Positions 30,333-41,444 of a stretch of DNA of 64,000 nt are shown here, piece by piece. The stretch spans positions 1,488,001 to 1,552,000 of the forward strand of contig NC_000964.3 in assembly GCF_000009045.1 (NCBI RefSeq), read 5' to 3'. Made by a program: the position numbers and the translations under genes. Positions within the stretch are counted from its first letter, which is position 1. Each line of letters starts with the position of its first letter. The notes under the pieces were generated by a model that made no database searches, was not told the DNA's origin, and worked only from the letters and a program-made list of their open reading frames with translations. This DNA comes from Bacillus subtilis subsp. subtilis str. 168. GTDB taxonomy: Bacteria > Bacillota > Bacilli > Bacillales > Bacillaceae.

Positions 30333-31619
30333 ATGAGAAAATATCAAGCTCGTATCATTTCCATCATTTTGGCAATGATTTTTATAATGTTTTGGGATTA
30401 TTTATTTTATTTTATAGGCAAAAACCCGATTAATTGGCCTGTTGATATTGTGTATACTGCAGTCACGCTGGTAAGTGTCTGGATGTTGGCTTATTATATT
30501 GATGAGAAACAGCAGCTGGTTAAGAAAATGAAGGATAACGAATGGAAGTATAAACAGCTTTCTGAAGAAAAAAACCGCATCATGGATAATTTGCAGGAAA
30601 TCGTATTTCAAACGAATGCAAAAGGTGAAATTACATATTTAAACCAAGCGTGGGCATCTATAACCGGGTTTTCAATCAGTGAATGTATGGGAACAATGTA
30701 TAACGATTACTTCATAAAAGAAAAGCACGTAGCCGACCACATTAACACCCAAATCCAAAACAAAGCGTCTTCTGGCATGTTTACGGCAAAATACGTGACA
30801 AAAAACGGCACGATTTTTTGGGGAGAAGTTCATTATAAACTTTACTATGACCGGGATGACCAATTTACAGGCAGCCTGGGTACAATGTCAGATATCACTG
30901 AGCGGAAAGAGGCTGAAGATGAGCTCATTGAGATTAATGAACGGCTGGCGAGGGAATCCCAGAAACTATCAATCACAAGTGAACTTGCCGCAGGTATTGC
31001 TCATGAGGTCAGAAACCCTTTAACATCTGTCAGCGGTTTCCTCCAGATTATGAAAACACAATATCCGGACAGAAAAGACTATTTTGACATCATCTTTTCA
31101 GAGATTAAAAGAATCGATTTAGTGCTCAGCGAGCTGCTGCTGCTTGCAAAACCGCAGGCAATCACATTTAAAACACACCAGCTTAATGAGATCTTGAAAC
31201 AAGTCACGACATTGCTTGATACCAATGCAATTCTGTCCAATATCGTCATAGAGAAAAATTTCAAAGAGACAGATGGCTGTATGATTAATGGAGACGAAAA
31301 TCAGCTGAAGCAGGTCTTTATCAACATCATTAAAAACGGAATTGAGGCAATGCCAAAGGGCGGTGTCGTAACCATTTCAACTGCTAAAACCGCCTCTCAT
31401 GCAGTGATAAGCGTAAAGGATGAAGGAAACGGCATGCCGCAGGAAAAGCTGAAGCAGATTGGCAAACCTTTTTATTCAACAAAAGAAAAGGGCACTGGAC
31501 TGGGACTTCCCATTTGTTTGAGAATCCTGAAGGAACATGACGGGGAATTGAAAATCGAAAGTGAAGCTGGAAAAGGCAGCGTCTTTCAAGTGGTTTTGCC
31601 TTTAAAATCAGACAGCTGA
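30333..31619 (+). CDS. kinC: Sporulation/biofilm sensor histidine kinase C
   Basis: Two TM segments, PAS domain, AHEVRNPLT H-box, KEKGTGLGL. Confidence 0.95.
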   Translation: MRKYQARIISIILAMIFIMFWDYLFYFIGKNPINWPVDIVYTAVTLVSVWMLAYYIDEKQQLVKKMKDNEWKYKQLSEEKNRIMDNLQEIVFQTNAKGEITYLNQAWASITGFSISECMGTMYNDYFIKEKHVADHINTQIQNKASSGMFTAKYVTKNGTIFWGEVHYKLYYDRDDQFTGSLGTMSDITERKEAEDELIEINERLARESQKLSITSELAAGIAHEVRNPLTSVSGFLQIMKTQYPDRKDYFDIIFSEIKRIDLVLSELLLLAKPQAITFKTHQLNEILKQVTTLLDTNAILSNIVIEKNFKETDGCMINGDENQLKQVFINIIKNGIEAMPKGGVVTISTAKTASHAVISVKDEGNGMPQEKLKQIGKPFYSTKEKGTGLGLPICLRILKEHDGELKIESEAGKGSVFQVVLPLKSDS

Positions 31620-31634
31620 GAGGAGAAAAATAAA

Positions 31635-32468
31635 GTGAACTCGCTTCTGTTTGTATACGGGACATTAAGAAAGCATGAAAAAAACCATCATTTGCTGGCA
31701 CAATCGGCATGTATCAATGAGCAGGCGAGAACAAAGGGAAGTTTGTTTGCTGCAAAAGAGGGGCCCACAGTTGTTTTCAATGATGAAGATGAAGGCTATA
31801 TATATGGCGAAGTATATGAAGCAGATGAATTGTGTATACATAAGCTCGATCAATTTTTTCAAGGATATCATAAACAAACGGTGTTTGTAGAAACGGATGT
31901 CGGGATTAAAATTGCGCTTATTTATTTTATGAACAAAGACGGGTGTGCCGGTTTTACGAAAATAAGCAGCGGCGACTGGAAAGAACATCAGATGATCAGC
32001 AAATCGAAAAATCCCATTTATTATTTTGCCTATGGATCATGCATGGATAATGCCCGCTTTCAAAAAGCGGGAGTCGATCACTATTTTCAAGATCCAGTAG
32101 GAAGAGCTGTTTTAAAAGGATACACAACCCGCTTCACGCTAAAAAGGGAAGACGGTTCAAGAGCGGACATGTTGGAAGACGGAGGAACAACAGAAGGCGT
32201 TTTATACCGTATCCCTTATTCTGCTCTCTCCTATCTATATAAAAGGGAGGGCGTCGAATCTCTTACGTATCGGCCGGCATTTGTAGACGTTGAAGCTGGC
32301 GGAAGGCACTACAAAGACTGTTTAACCTTTCTCGTCCTCCAAAAAGAAGCGGAAATTGCCCCGCCTCAGCACTATCAGATTGAAATCGAACGCGGAGCGG
32401 AGCTGTATTTGTCGCCTGAGTTTACTGAAAAGCTCAAGCGGCATATGAATTCGCTGCCAAAAGGATAA
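31635..32468 (+). CDS. ykqA: Tandem gamma-glutamylcyclotransferase-fold protein
   Basis: Two GGCT-like domains starting FVYGTLRK and YFAYGSCM. Confidence 0.85.
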   Translation: MNSLLFVYGTLRKHEKNHHLLAQSACINEQARTKGSLFAAKEGPTVVFNDEDEGYIYGEVYEADELCIHKLDQFFQGYHKQTVFVETDVGIKIALIYFMNKDGCAGFTKISSGDWKEHQMISKSKNPIYYFAYGSCMDNARFQKAGVDHYFQDPVGRAVLKGYTTRFTLKREDGSRADMLEDGGTTEGVLYRIPYSALSYLYKREGVESLTYRPAFVDVEAGGRHYKDCLTFLVLQKEAEIAPPQHYQIEIERGAELYLSPEFTEKLKRHMNSLPKG

Positions 32469-32530
32469 CACTGTAACAAAAGAATATGATAAAATTTGAT
32501 CAATATCATGTCATATAAAGGAGCACCACG

Positions 32531-33196
32531 ATGAAAAAAGAATTTGCGGTAATTGGGCTGGGCCGTTTTGGTGGCAGTATTTGCAAAGCATTAAGCGAAG
32601 AAGGCGTCGAGGTTATGGCAATGGATATCGATGAAGATAAAGTCAACGAGTATGCCAAGATTGCATCTCACGCAGTTATCGGTGATTCGACAGACGAATC
32701 TGTCCTGAAAAATTTAGGCCTGCGAAATTTTGACCACGTTATTGTAGCAATCGGGGAAAATATTCAAGCGAGTATTTTAACGACACTCATTCTGAAAGAA
32801 CTTGGCGTCCATACGATTACAGTTAAAGCGCAGAACGATTATCACGAAAAAGTGCTGTCTAAAATTGGTGCGGATCACATCGTCCACCCGGAACGCGATA
32901 TGGCAAAACGAATTGCGCATAATATCGTGTCCAACAATGTACTTGACTATTTGGAGCTGTCTGAAGAGCATAGTCTTGTTGAAATCGTAGCTAACAGCCG
33001 CCTGGCTGGAAATACGCTTCTCGATTTAGATATTCGCGCAAAATACGGTATTAACATCGTAGCCATAAAAAGGGGCAAGGAAGTCATCGTATCACCGCTT
33101 GCAACCGAAGTCATCCACCAAGAAGATATACTCATTGTTATTGGATCAGTTACAGACATCTCCCGTTTCGAAAAAAGAGTTCTTCATACAAAATAG
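32531..33196 (+). CDS. ktrC: Potassium uptake regulatory subunit (RCK)
   Basis: GLGRFGGS, HPERDMA and an RCK_C domain. Confidence 0.95.
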   Translation: MKKEFAVIGLGRFGGSICKALSEEGVEVMAMDIDEDKVNEYAKIASHAVIGDSTDESVLKNLGLRNFDHVIVAIGENIQASILTTLILKELGVHTITVKAQNDYHEKVLSKIGADHIVHPERDMAKRIAHNIVSNNVLDYLELSEEHSLVEIVANSRLAGNTLLDLDIRAKYGINIVAIKRGKEVIVSPLATEVIHQEDILIVIGSVTDISRFEKRVLHTK

Positions 33197-33205
33197 CAGC
33201 CAAAT

Positions 33206-33230
33206 AAGCCGTCCTCAAAGGGCGGTTTTT
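33206..33230 (+). terminator. Terminator after ktrC
   Basis: GCCGTCC...GGGCGGT stem followed by a T-tract. Confidence 0.7.
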
Positions 33231-33350
33231 CATATTATCAGAATATAACAACTTTAATGAACTGAGCGTCAATTTCTTAAAATTTCATTGACTAAGCACA
33301 GGCGTTCCGATAGCATATTGTACCATATAATAAAAAAAGGAGGGGCCTAT

Positions 33351-35084
33351 TTGAATAAAGAAGCGCTAGTCAATAGGCTGAATGCTTCAGCCAAAAGACA
33401 AAAAGCTGATATCGTCATTAAAAACGGAAAAATCATGGACGTATATAATCAAGAATGGATATATGAAGATATTGCGATTACAGATGGAGTTATTGTAGGC
33501 CTCGGTGAGTATGAAGGCGAAAATATCATTGATGCAGAGGGACAAATGATTGTTCCGGGTTTTATTGATGGACATGTACATATTGAGTCGTCAATGGTTA
33601 CACCGATTGAGTTCGCTAAAGCAGTGTTGCCTCATGGCGTGACGACGGTTGTTACAGATCCGCATGAGATCGCGAATGTGTCTGGTGAAAAAGGGATTGA
33701 GTTTATGCTTGAACAAGCTCGGCATACACCGCTGAATATCCATTTTATGCTTCCTTCCAGTGTGCCTGCCGCAAGTTTTGAGCGATCAGGCGCAATTCTC
33801 AAAGCTGCCGATCTCAAGCCTTTTTATGAAGAAGAAGAAGTATTAGGGCTGGCTGAAGTTATGGATTATGTGTCGGTTCAGCAGGCTGAAAAAGACATGG
33901 TTCAGAAACTGCTTGATGCCCGTGTGGCAGGAAAAAGGATAGACGGTCATTTAGCTGGTTTATCAACAGACCTCATTAACATTTACAGAACCGCATTTGT
34001 CTTAAACGACCATGAAGTAACATCGAAGGAAGAAGCCCTTGATCGTATCAGAAGGGGCATGTATGTCATGATGCGTGAAGGATCAGTCGCCAAAAACACG
34101 CTCAATGTGCTGCCGGCGGTGAATGAAAAGAACGCACGCCGGTTCTTTTTCTGTACGGATGATAAGCATGTGGATGATTTATTGTCAGAGGGAAGTGTAA
34201 ACCATCAGGTGAAAATGGCGATTCAAGCCGGACTTAATCCGTTTTTAGCCTATCAGCTAGGAAGCCTCAATGCAGCCGAATGCTACGGATTAGATACAAA
34301 GGGAGCGATTGCCCCGGGTTTTGACGCTGATTTGCTTTTTGTATCTGATCTGGAAAATGTCACTGTCACAATGACGATGGTAAAAGGGCAGACTGTTGCT
34401 GAAGACAGCAAAGCGGTCTATCAGGATCATGCTTCAACTGCAGCACCAGATCAGGCACTGCTTGATTCTGTTAAGCTTGCTGCTCCTCTTAACAAACAGG
34501 ATTTTCATATGCCAATCGATTCAGAGCAGCAGATCAATGTCATTCAAATCATACCAAATCAGCTTGAAACACGATTAGTACAAGTTCCGGCTCCTGTTGC
34601 CCGCGAATTTGAGCCTGACACTGAGCTTGATTTGTTAAAGATTGCAGTTGTCGAGCGGCATAAAGGATTAAAAGAAACCGGACTTGGTGTTGTGAAAGGT
34701 TTTGGATTCAAGAGCGGAGCGATTGCCACAACCATTTCACACGACTCCCATAATATTATTGCCGTCGGAACGAATGATGAGGATATCGCGGCGGCAGTTA
34801 ATAAGCTGCAGGAAATTGGCGGAGGATTAACAATTATAAAAAATGGGGAAGAGCTCCATTCAGTACCGCTGCCGATTGCAGGGTTATTATCCGACCAATC
34901 TGCAGAGCAAGTGAATCAAAGCTTGCTGACGCTTCATGATAAATTGTCGTTAATCGGTTTCACAGGCGGATTTAATCCATTTTTGACATTGTCGTTTTTA
35001 GCGTTGCCTGTCATTCCTGATATTAAAATGACGACTACGGGATTATTCGATGTAAAATCATTTCAACACATATCACTGCAATAA
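33351..35084 (+). CDS. adeC: Adenine deaminase
   Basis: PGFIDGHVHIESS, TDPHEIANV, CTDDKH and SHDSHN; SD AAGGAGG before TTG. Confidence 0.95.
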   Translation: MNKEALVNRLNASAKRQKADIVIKNGKIMDVYNQEWIYEDIAITDGVIVGLGEYEGENIIDAEGQMIVPGFIDGHVHIESSMVTPIEFAKAVLPHGVTTVVTDPHEIANVSGEKGIEFMLEQARHTPLNIHFMLPSSVPAASFERSGAILKAADLKPFYEEEEVLGLAEVMDYVSVQQAEKDMVQKLLDARVAGKRIDGHLAGLSTDLINIYRTAFVLNDHEVTSKEEALDRIRRGMYVMMREGSVAKNTLNVLPAVNEKNARRFFFCTDDKHVDDLLSEGSVNHQVKMAIQAGLNPFLAYQLGSLNAAECYGLDTKGAIAPGFDADLLFVSDLENVTVTMTMVKGQTVAEDSKAVYQDHASTAAPDQALLDSVKLAAPLNKQDFHMPIDSEQQINVIQIIPNQLETRLVQVPAPVAREFEPDTELDLLKIAVVERHKGLKETGLGVVKGFGFKSGAIATTISHDSHNIIAVGTNDEDIAAAVNKLQEIGGGLTIIKNGEELHSVPLPIAGLLSDQSAEQVNQSLLTLHDKLSLIGFTGGFNPFLTLSFLALPVIPDIKMTTTGLFDVKSFQHISLQ

Positions 35085-35119
35085 AAAGAGGCACTCCCTT
35101 AGGGAGTGCCTCTTTTTTT
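35083..35119. terminator. Bidirectional terminator between adeC and rnjA
   Basis: AAAAAGAGGCACTCCC/GGGAGTGCCTCTTTTT, 16-bp stem. Confidence 0.9.
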
Positions 35120-36785
35120 AAACCTCCATAATGATCGGCAGGATCATTGGACGGCGCTTTGTTTTTTCGTACAAGAAAGGTGCAAGCGTGTCTGTAATTT
35201 CGTTTTTGATTTCAGACCATTGAGTCGTTTTTCGTTCCATTACTTTTTGTAAGTGATTTGAAATGAGCTCTTGAGCGTCGTTGATCAAGTCACCAGATTC
35301 TCTCATGTACACAAATCCTCTGGAAATCAAATCAGGACCCGCTGAAATCTTGAAGTCGTCCATGTCAATGCTGACAACAACGATGACAAGTCCTTCTTCA
35401 GAGAGAATTCTGCGATCACGAAGTACGATATTGCCAATATCACCGATACCGCTTCCGTCAATGTACACTGAACCGGACGGGATTTTTCCTGCAACTGAAG
35501 CCTCATCGCCTTTAAGTGCTAATACTTCACCATTATCCATGATAAAGCAGTTTTCCTCTGGGATGCCACAATCTGTTGCAAGTTTGACATGCATCTTTTG
35601 CATTCTGTACTCACCGTGAATCGGCATGAAGAATTTAGGCTTGATTAAACGAAGCATCAGCTTCTGTTCTTCCTGTCCGCCGTGACCGGATGTATGGATA
35701 TCGTTAAGAGGGCCGTGAATAACCTCAGCACCCGCACGATACAGCTGGTTGATTGTTCGACTCACGCTGATTGTGTTGCCTGGGATAGGGGATGAAGAAA
35801 ATACGACTGTATCCCCAGGATTGATTGAAATTTGGCGGTGTGTGCCGTTTGCAATTCTTGATAACGCCGCCATTGGTTCCCCTTGGCTTCCTGTACATAA
35901 AATTGTTACTTTATTAGCAGGCATACGATTGATTTCGTTATGCTCAATAAACGTATTTTTAGGACAGTTAATATAACCGAGTGTCTGTCCAATTTCGATA
36001 GCCGATTCCATACTGCGTCCAAATACGGCAACTTTTCTTCCATTTTGTACAGCAGCTTCAATTACCTGCTGCAAGCGGTGAATATTCGACGCAAATGTGG
36101 CGAAGATAATTCGGCCGTCCACCTTGCGGAAAATGTCATGAATGCTTTCTCCTACACGGCGCTCAGACATGGTAAACTCCGGATTTTCACTGTTTGTGCT
36201 GTCTGAAAGAAGGCACAAAACGCCTTCTTTACCGATTTCGGCCATTTTCGTTAAGTTTGCCGGCTCGCCGACTGGAGTAAAGTCGAATTTGAAATCCCCA
36301 GTATGTACGATGTTTCCGGGCGGCGTTTTTACAACAATGCCGTAGGAATCCGGAATACTGTGTGTTGTTCTGAAGAATGACACAGCCGTTTTGCGGAACT
36401 TTACAATATCATCCTCGCCGATAATGTTCAGTTTCGTCTGTCTCAATAATCCATGCTCTTCAAGTTTATTCCGAAGTAAGCCGATCGCGAGTTTTCCGCC
36501 GTATACAGGAATATTCACTTGTCTGAGCAGGTATGGAATACCGCCGATGTGGTCTTCGTGCCCGTGGGTGATAAAAAGCCCTTTAATTTTATCTTCGTTT
36601 TTGACTAAATACGTATAATCAGGGATGACGTAGTCAATTCCGAGCAGTTCGTCCTCGGGAAACTTGATCCCCGCATCAATCAGTACAATTTCATCCTGGA
36701 ATTGCACCGCGTACGTATTTTTACCGATTTCGCCCAAACCTCCGAGGGCGAAAACAGCAGTCTGATCATTTTTTACAAATTTCAT
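35118..36785 (-). CDS. rnjA: Ribonuclease J1
   Basis: [28 protein letters not shown] and HTSGHG motifs. Confidence 0.97.
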   Translation of the reverse strand: MKFVKNDQTAVFALGGLGEIGKNTYAVQFQDEIVLIDAGIKFPEDELLGIDYVIPDYTYLVKNEDKIKGLFITHGHEDHIGGIPYLLRQVNIPVYGGKLAIGLLRNKLEEHGLLRQTKLNIIGEDDIVKFRKTAVSFFRTTHSIPDSYGIVVKTPPGNIVHTGDFKFDFTPVGEPANLTKMAEIGKEGVLCLLSDSTNSENPEFTMSERRVGESIHDIFRKVDGRIIFATFASNIHRLQQVIEAAVQNGRKVAVFGRSMESAIEIGQTLGYINCPKNTFIEHNEINRMPANKVTILCTGSQGEPMAALSRIANGTHRQISINPGDTVVFSSSPIPGNTISVSRTINQLYRAGAEVIHGPLNDIHTSGHGGQEEQKLMLRLIKPKFFMPIHGEYRMQKMHVKLATDCGIPEENCFIMDNGEVLALKGDEASVAGKIPSGSVYIDGSGIGDIGNIVLRDRRILSEEGLVIVVVSIDMDDFKISAGPDLISRGFVYMRESGDLINDAQELISNHLQKVMERKTTQWSEIKNEITDTLAPFLYEKTKRRPMILPIIMEV

Positions 36786-36790
36786 ACCGC

Positions 36791-37000
36791 TCATAACTCC
36801 AATACTTTAAAATTTTCGCTCTGTTGTTCATATTCTAAGAATGCACCATCAACAGGTGTAATAAACTCAATATTAAATTTCTTTTCTTTCAGCTTTGTTC
36901 TGACGTCACGCTCAGATACGCCTTCAATATAAAGTGAATCTGTCTTTTCCCGAACAGGTACTTCGTCAGCCTTCTCTTGATAAAATACCTTATAAATCAT
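36791..37000 (-). CDS. rpoY: RNA polymerase epsilon subunit
   Basis: MIYKVFYQE...[10 protein letters not shown]; SD AGGAGAG; co-transcribed with rnjA. Confidence 0.93.
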   Translation of the reverse strand: MIYKVFYQEKADEVPVREKTDSLYIEGVSERDVRTKLKEKKFNIEFITPVDGAFLEYEQQSENFKVLEL

Positions 37001-37044
37001 TCCAAATCTCTCCTTAAATGCCGTATGTTAGACTCGCTCATTCT

Positions 37045-37073
37045 ATTATATTCGAAAACGGAATATAAGGAAA
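37045..37073 (-). promoter_or_regulatory. Putative SigA promoter of rpoY-rnjA
   Basis: Minus strand TTTCCT-N17-TATAAT. Confidence 0.55.
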
Positions 37074-37082
37074 GCCTTGAGC

Positions 37083-37114
37083 AAAATAAGGATCTCTCAA
37101 AAAGTGAAAGATCC
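37083..37114 (-). terminator. Minus-strand intrinsic terminator after the 23-aa ORF
   Basis: RNA GGAUCUUUCA-CUUUU-UGAGAGAUCC followed by UUAUUUU; contains a U:G pair that would be a mismatch on the plus strand. Confidence 0.7.
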
Positions 37115-37118
37115 CTTG

Positions 37119-37190
37119 TCAGGCAATTGCTTTCTTACGGAGCATTCCGTTCCATTGTCTTCTGAGTTTCTTTCTTAATTTACGCAGCAT
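37119..37190 (-). CDS. Candidate 23-aa basic peptide MLRKLRKKLRRQWNGMLRKKAIA
   Basis: Hand-translated; SD AAAGGAGG 9 nt upstream; own terminator; below the ORF-track length cutoff. Confidence 0.65.
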   Translation of the reverse strand: MLRKLRKKLRRQWNGMLRKKAIA

Positions 37191-37385
37191 TAGCCAGTCC
37201 CTCCTTTAATGAAAAATTTGTCCCAGAGTTCTTTTATACAAATAGTATACGGAGATTGAGGAAGACTTTTCGTGGTTATTAATGGAATTTAATATGATTT
37301 TTGAACGAAATTGTTTGCTGAATGACAATCTTTTTGTATGATGAGGGTGGGAATTGCAGACCAAGACGATAAAGGGGAAGTTGCG

Positions 37386-38159
37386 ATGGATTCTAAATTA
37401 ATCTTTTTTGATATTGACGGCACAATATATGATCATGATAAGAATATACCGGAAAGTACGAGAAAAACCGTGGCGGAGCTTCAGCGCCAAGGGCATCATG
37501 TGTTTATTGCCAGCGGCCGGTCTCCATTTTTGGTTAAGCCGATTTTGGAGGAGCTGGGCATCCACTCATTTATTTCCTACAATGGACAGTTTGTTGTCTT
37601 TGAAAATCAAGTGATTTATAAAAATCCGCTGCCTGAAAATGCAATCAGGCGATTATTAAAGCAGGCGGATGAAGGCAAGCATCCTGTTGTGTTTATGGCT
37701 GAGGACACGATGAAAGCGACTGTTGCGGATCACCCCCATGTTCTCGAGGGAATCGGCAGCCTTAAAACAGATTATCCAGAGACCGATGACCTTTTTTATG
37801 AAGGAAAAGAAATTTTTCAGCTTCTTTTATTTTGTCAGGATGAAGAAGAAAAAGCTTATGCCGCTTTTCCTGAGTTTGATCTAGTTCGCTGGCATGAGCT
37901 ATCGACTGATGTTCTGCCGCACGGAGGTTCGAAGGCAGAAGGAATCAAAAAAGTGATTGAGCGTCTTCCGTTTGATATCGGCGATACATATGCTTTCGGC
38001 GACGGATTAAATGATTTGCAAATGATTGAATACGTTGGGACAGGCGTTGCTATGGGAAATGCTGTTCCCGAACTGAAAGAAATCGCGGACTTTGTAACAA
38101 AACCGGTGGACGAGGATGGAATTGCATACGCTGTCAAAGAATTGGGCCTTTTAAAATAA
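37386..38159 (+). CDS. ykrA: Cof-type HAD phosphatase
   Basis: FFDIDGT, SGR, GSKAEG and FGDGLND motifs. Confidence 0.9.
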   Translation: MDSKLIFFDIDGTIYDHDKNIPESTRKTVAELQRQGHHVFIASGRSPFLVKPILEELGIHSFISYNGQFVVFENQVIYKNPLPENAIRRLLKQADEGKHPVVFMAEDTMKATVADHPHVLEGIGSLKTDYPETDDLFYEGKEIFQLLLFCQDEEEKAYAAFPEFDLVRWHELSTDVLPHGGSKAEGIKKVIERLPFDIGDTYAFGDGLNDLQMIEYVGTGVAMGNAVPELKEIADFVTKPVDEDGIAYAVKELGLLK

Positions 38160-38161
38160 AG

Positions 38162-38189
38162 AAACGGCTGGCATTGTGCCAGCCGTTTT
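38162..38189. terminator. Bidirectional terminator between ykrA and defB
   Basis: AAACGGCTGGCA/TGCCAGCCGTTT. Confidence 0.85.
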
Positions 38190-38194
38190 CTCTT

Positions 38195-38749
38195 TTAGCG
38201 CTCAATTGCGATTGCATTTTCAGGTTCTTTGAAAGGATTTTCCTTATCAATATGATCATAGAACATAACGCCGTTCAAATGATCGATCTCATGCTGAAAC
38301 ACAATAGCCGGAAATCCTTTTAAACGAATATCAATATTTTCGCCTTCTAGTGTTGTTCCTTTTACTCTGATGCGAGCATAGCGGGGAACATAACCGGGAA
38401 TCGCTTCATCCACAGAGAGGCAGCCCTCGCCGCTTGTTAAGTAGCTTTTTTCAACTGAATGGCTGACGATCTTAGGATTAAACAGAGCATAGCTGTATAA
38501 TTTACCGGAAGCATCTTCCGCATGAACGGCGATCATTCGTTTTTTGATATTAATTTGAGGAGCTGCGAGTCCTACGCCAGGGCGCAGCTTGTATTTTTCG
38601 GCTAATTCTGGATTTTGGCTGTTTTTAACAAATTCGATCATGTCGGCCAGCTGCTGTTTTTCTGCATCAGTTGGAGGCAGCTCAACAGGTTCGGCAGTCT
38701 CTCTGAGGGCTGGATGGCCGTCACGTACGATGTTTTCCATAGTAATCAA
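38195..38749 (-). CDS. defB: Peptide deformylase
   Basis: [14 protein letters not shown] and HEIDH motifs. Confidence 0.96.
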   Translation of the reverse strand: MITMENIVRDGHPALRETAEPVELPPTDAEKQQLADMIEFVKNSQNPELAEKYKLRPGVGLAAPQINIKKRMIAVHAEDASGKLYSYALFNPKIVSHSVEKSYLTSGEGCLSVDEAIPGYVPRYARIRVKGTTLEGENIDIRLKGFPAIVFQHEIDHLNGVMFYDHIDKENPFKEPENAIAIER

Positions 38750-38817
38750 GAAACTTCACTCCTAAAGCTTAATATGTAAATTATATCGGATTTCTTCACA
38801 AAGGTGCAACGAAACGA

Positions 38818-38846
38818 ATGACCAGCCGTATATGGCTGGTCAATTT
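38818..38846 (-). terminator. Hairpin terminator after the YjcZ-type ORF
   Basis: TGACCAGCC/GGCTGGTCA. Confidence 0.65.
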
Positions 38847-38858
38847 CATGCTGTGTGG

Positions 38859-39017
38859 TTAGCAACAGCCTCCACCTAAATAAGCAGCTCCGACAATGAT
38901 TAACAGAATGAATAAAACAACGATTAGCGCAAAGGTGCGGCCGTAGCCATATCCGCAGCCACCATATCCGTAACCACCATAACTGCAGCAGCCTCCGCCG
39001 TAACCATATCCATACAT
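38859..39017 (-). CDS. ykzV: 52-aa YjcZ/SscA-family sporulation peptide
   Basis: Hand-translated [52 protein letters not shown]; SD GAGGAGG; symbol from recall. Confidence 0.85.
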
Positions 39018-39079
39018 ATTACATAACCTCCTCTTTTAATTACGCCAGAGCCTTTATAAGTAGGCATAGCGTCTAATAT

Positions 39080-39108
39080 AACCTATGTAAAAACAAAAAA
39101 GTTGTATG
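39080..39108 (-). promoter_or_regulatory. SigE-like promoter of the YjcZ-type ORF
   Basis: Minus strand CATA-N17-CATAGGTT. Confidence 0.5.
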
Positions 39109-39230
39109 GTCATCTGTCCTGATTTTTCACTTTTTTGATTTAATTTCAGTATTGCATTTATACAGCACGGCTATTGCCAAATGTCCCCATGGATTCTATA
39201 GTAGAAATTGTCAAGATTGGGGGATTTAAC

Positions 39231-39902
39231 GTGAAAGACGCTATAAAACGGCGGCCTGGAATCAAGATCGGAGCTTTTTGTGCCATGGCACTGATATTAA
39301 CAGGATGCATGGGACAGGACCCGGTTGATTCACTTCATCATTCATTAGAAAAAGCCGCGGAATCGGAAAAGCCGTTTCAAGAAGAACAAAACACACTCAA
39401 AGAATTAGAGGCCAAAGAAAATCAGCTTTACGATAGTGTTATGAAGCTCAATATGGATGATTATAAAAAAATTGTTGCTTTATCTAATAAGGCGCTTGAA
39501 AATGTCAGCAAGCGCGAAGAACACCTAAAGCTTGAAAATGACAGCATGAAAAAATCGGAAACAGAATTTGAGGAAGCAAAAACGTCAGCGGAACATATTA
39601 AGGAAAAAGACATAAAAGAAAAGGCCGATGCCGCAGCAAACCATATGGAGAAAAGATATACATCATATGGCACTATGTATAAAGAGTATAAAAAAGCGCT
39701 TGAGCTTAATAAAAAACTGTATATGCAGCTGAAAGACAAAGATTTGACAAGAGATGATCTGGATCAGCAGATCGATAAAGTCAATGCTTCTTATGAAAAG
39801 ATCCTTAAATATAGCGGAGAATTTAATGAACAAACCGAAAAATATAATAAAGCCCGGGAAGATTTATATGATGCTGCAGGCTATCGTGTGAAAAAGAGCT
39901 GA
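39231..39902 (+). CDS. ykyA: Helical lipoprotein (YkyA family)
   Basis: Lipobox LTGC after a basic and hydrophobic leader; GTG start after GGGGGA. Confidence 0.85.
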   Translation: MKDAIKRRPGIKIGAFCAMALILTGCMGQDPVDSLHHSLEKAAESEKPFQEEQNTLKELEAKENQLYDSVMKLNMDDYKKIVALSNKALENVSKREEHLKLENDSMKKSETEFEEAKTSAEHIKEKDIKEKADAAANHMEKRYTSYGTMYKEYKKALELNKKLYMQLKDKDLTRDDLDQQIDKVNASYEKILKYSGEFNEQTEKYNKAREDLYDAAGYRVKKS

Positions 39903-39921
39903 CTCGATCAGCTCTTTTTTT
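39891..39921 (+). terminator. Terminator after ykyA
   Basis: AAAAAGAGCTGA/TCAGCTCTTTTT. Confidence 0.85.
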
Positions 39922-40319
39922 GAATGAAATGCGATTCGGATTTCGTTCAAAATTTTCATTTCTATTGTAGTACAGCATAGTAAGGTATACTAGTACAGTT
40001 TTGGGTGCGGTTGGCATCTGTTTTTTTGATGAAAATGTAAAGCGAATACATTTATTGAAAATCAGCGATGAAAACGATTGACGGTTCTTCTTTATTTGGT
40101 GTAAACTAATCCATGTTAAGCGGTGTTGTATTAGTTTTTTACAACTTCGAAATAATACAGTTCAAAGCAGAGTGTAACTATCCTACATAAAAGGTTTTGG
40201 CAAACTGGGGATCGGCTAAAATATAATACGACTTACTGCTGATACTTTAGGGTACCCTAAGTTTGTATGTATAAAAGGAATGCACGTCTAATGACTGTTT
40301 AAAAGAAAGGAAGAGGTGA

Positions 40320-41441
<1,122 letters not shown>

Positions 41442-41444
41442 GCC

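Noticed and set aside
40036-40082. cre-like sequences upstream of pdhA
   Set aside because: Spacing and terminal bases deviate from the cre consensus; not supportable.
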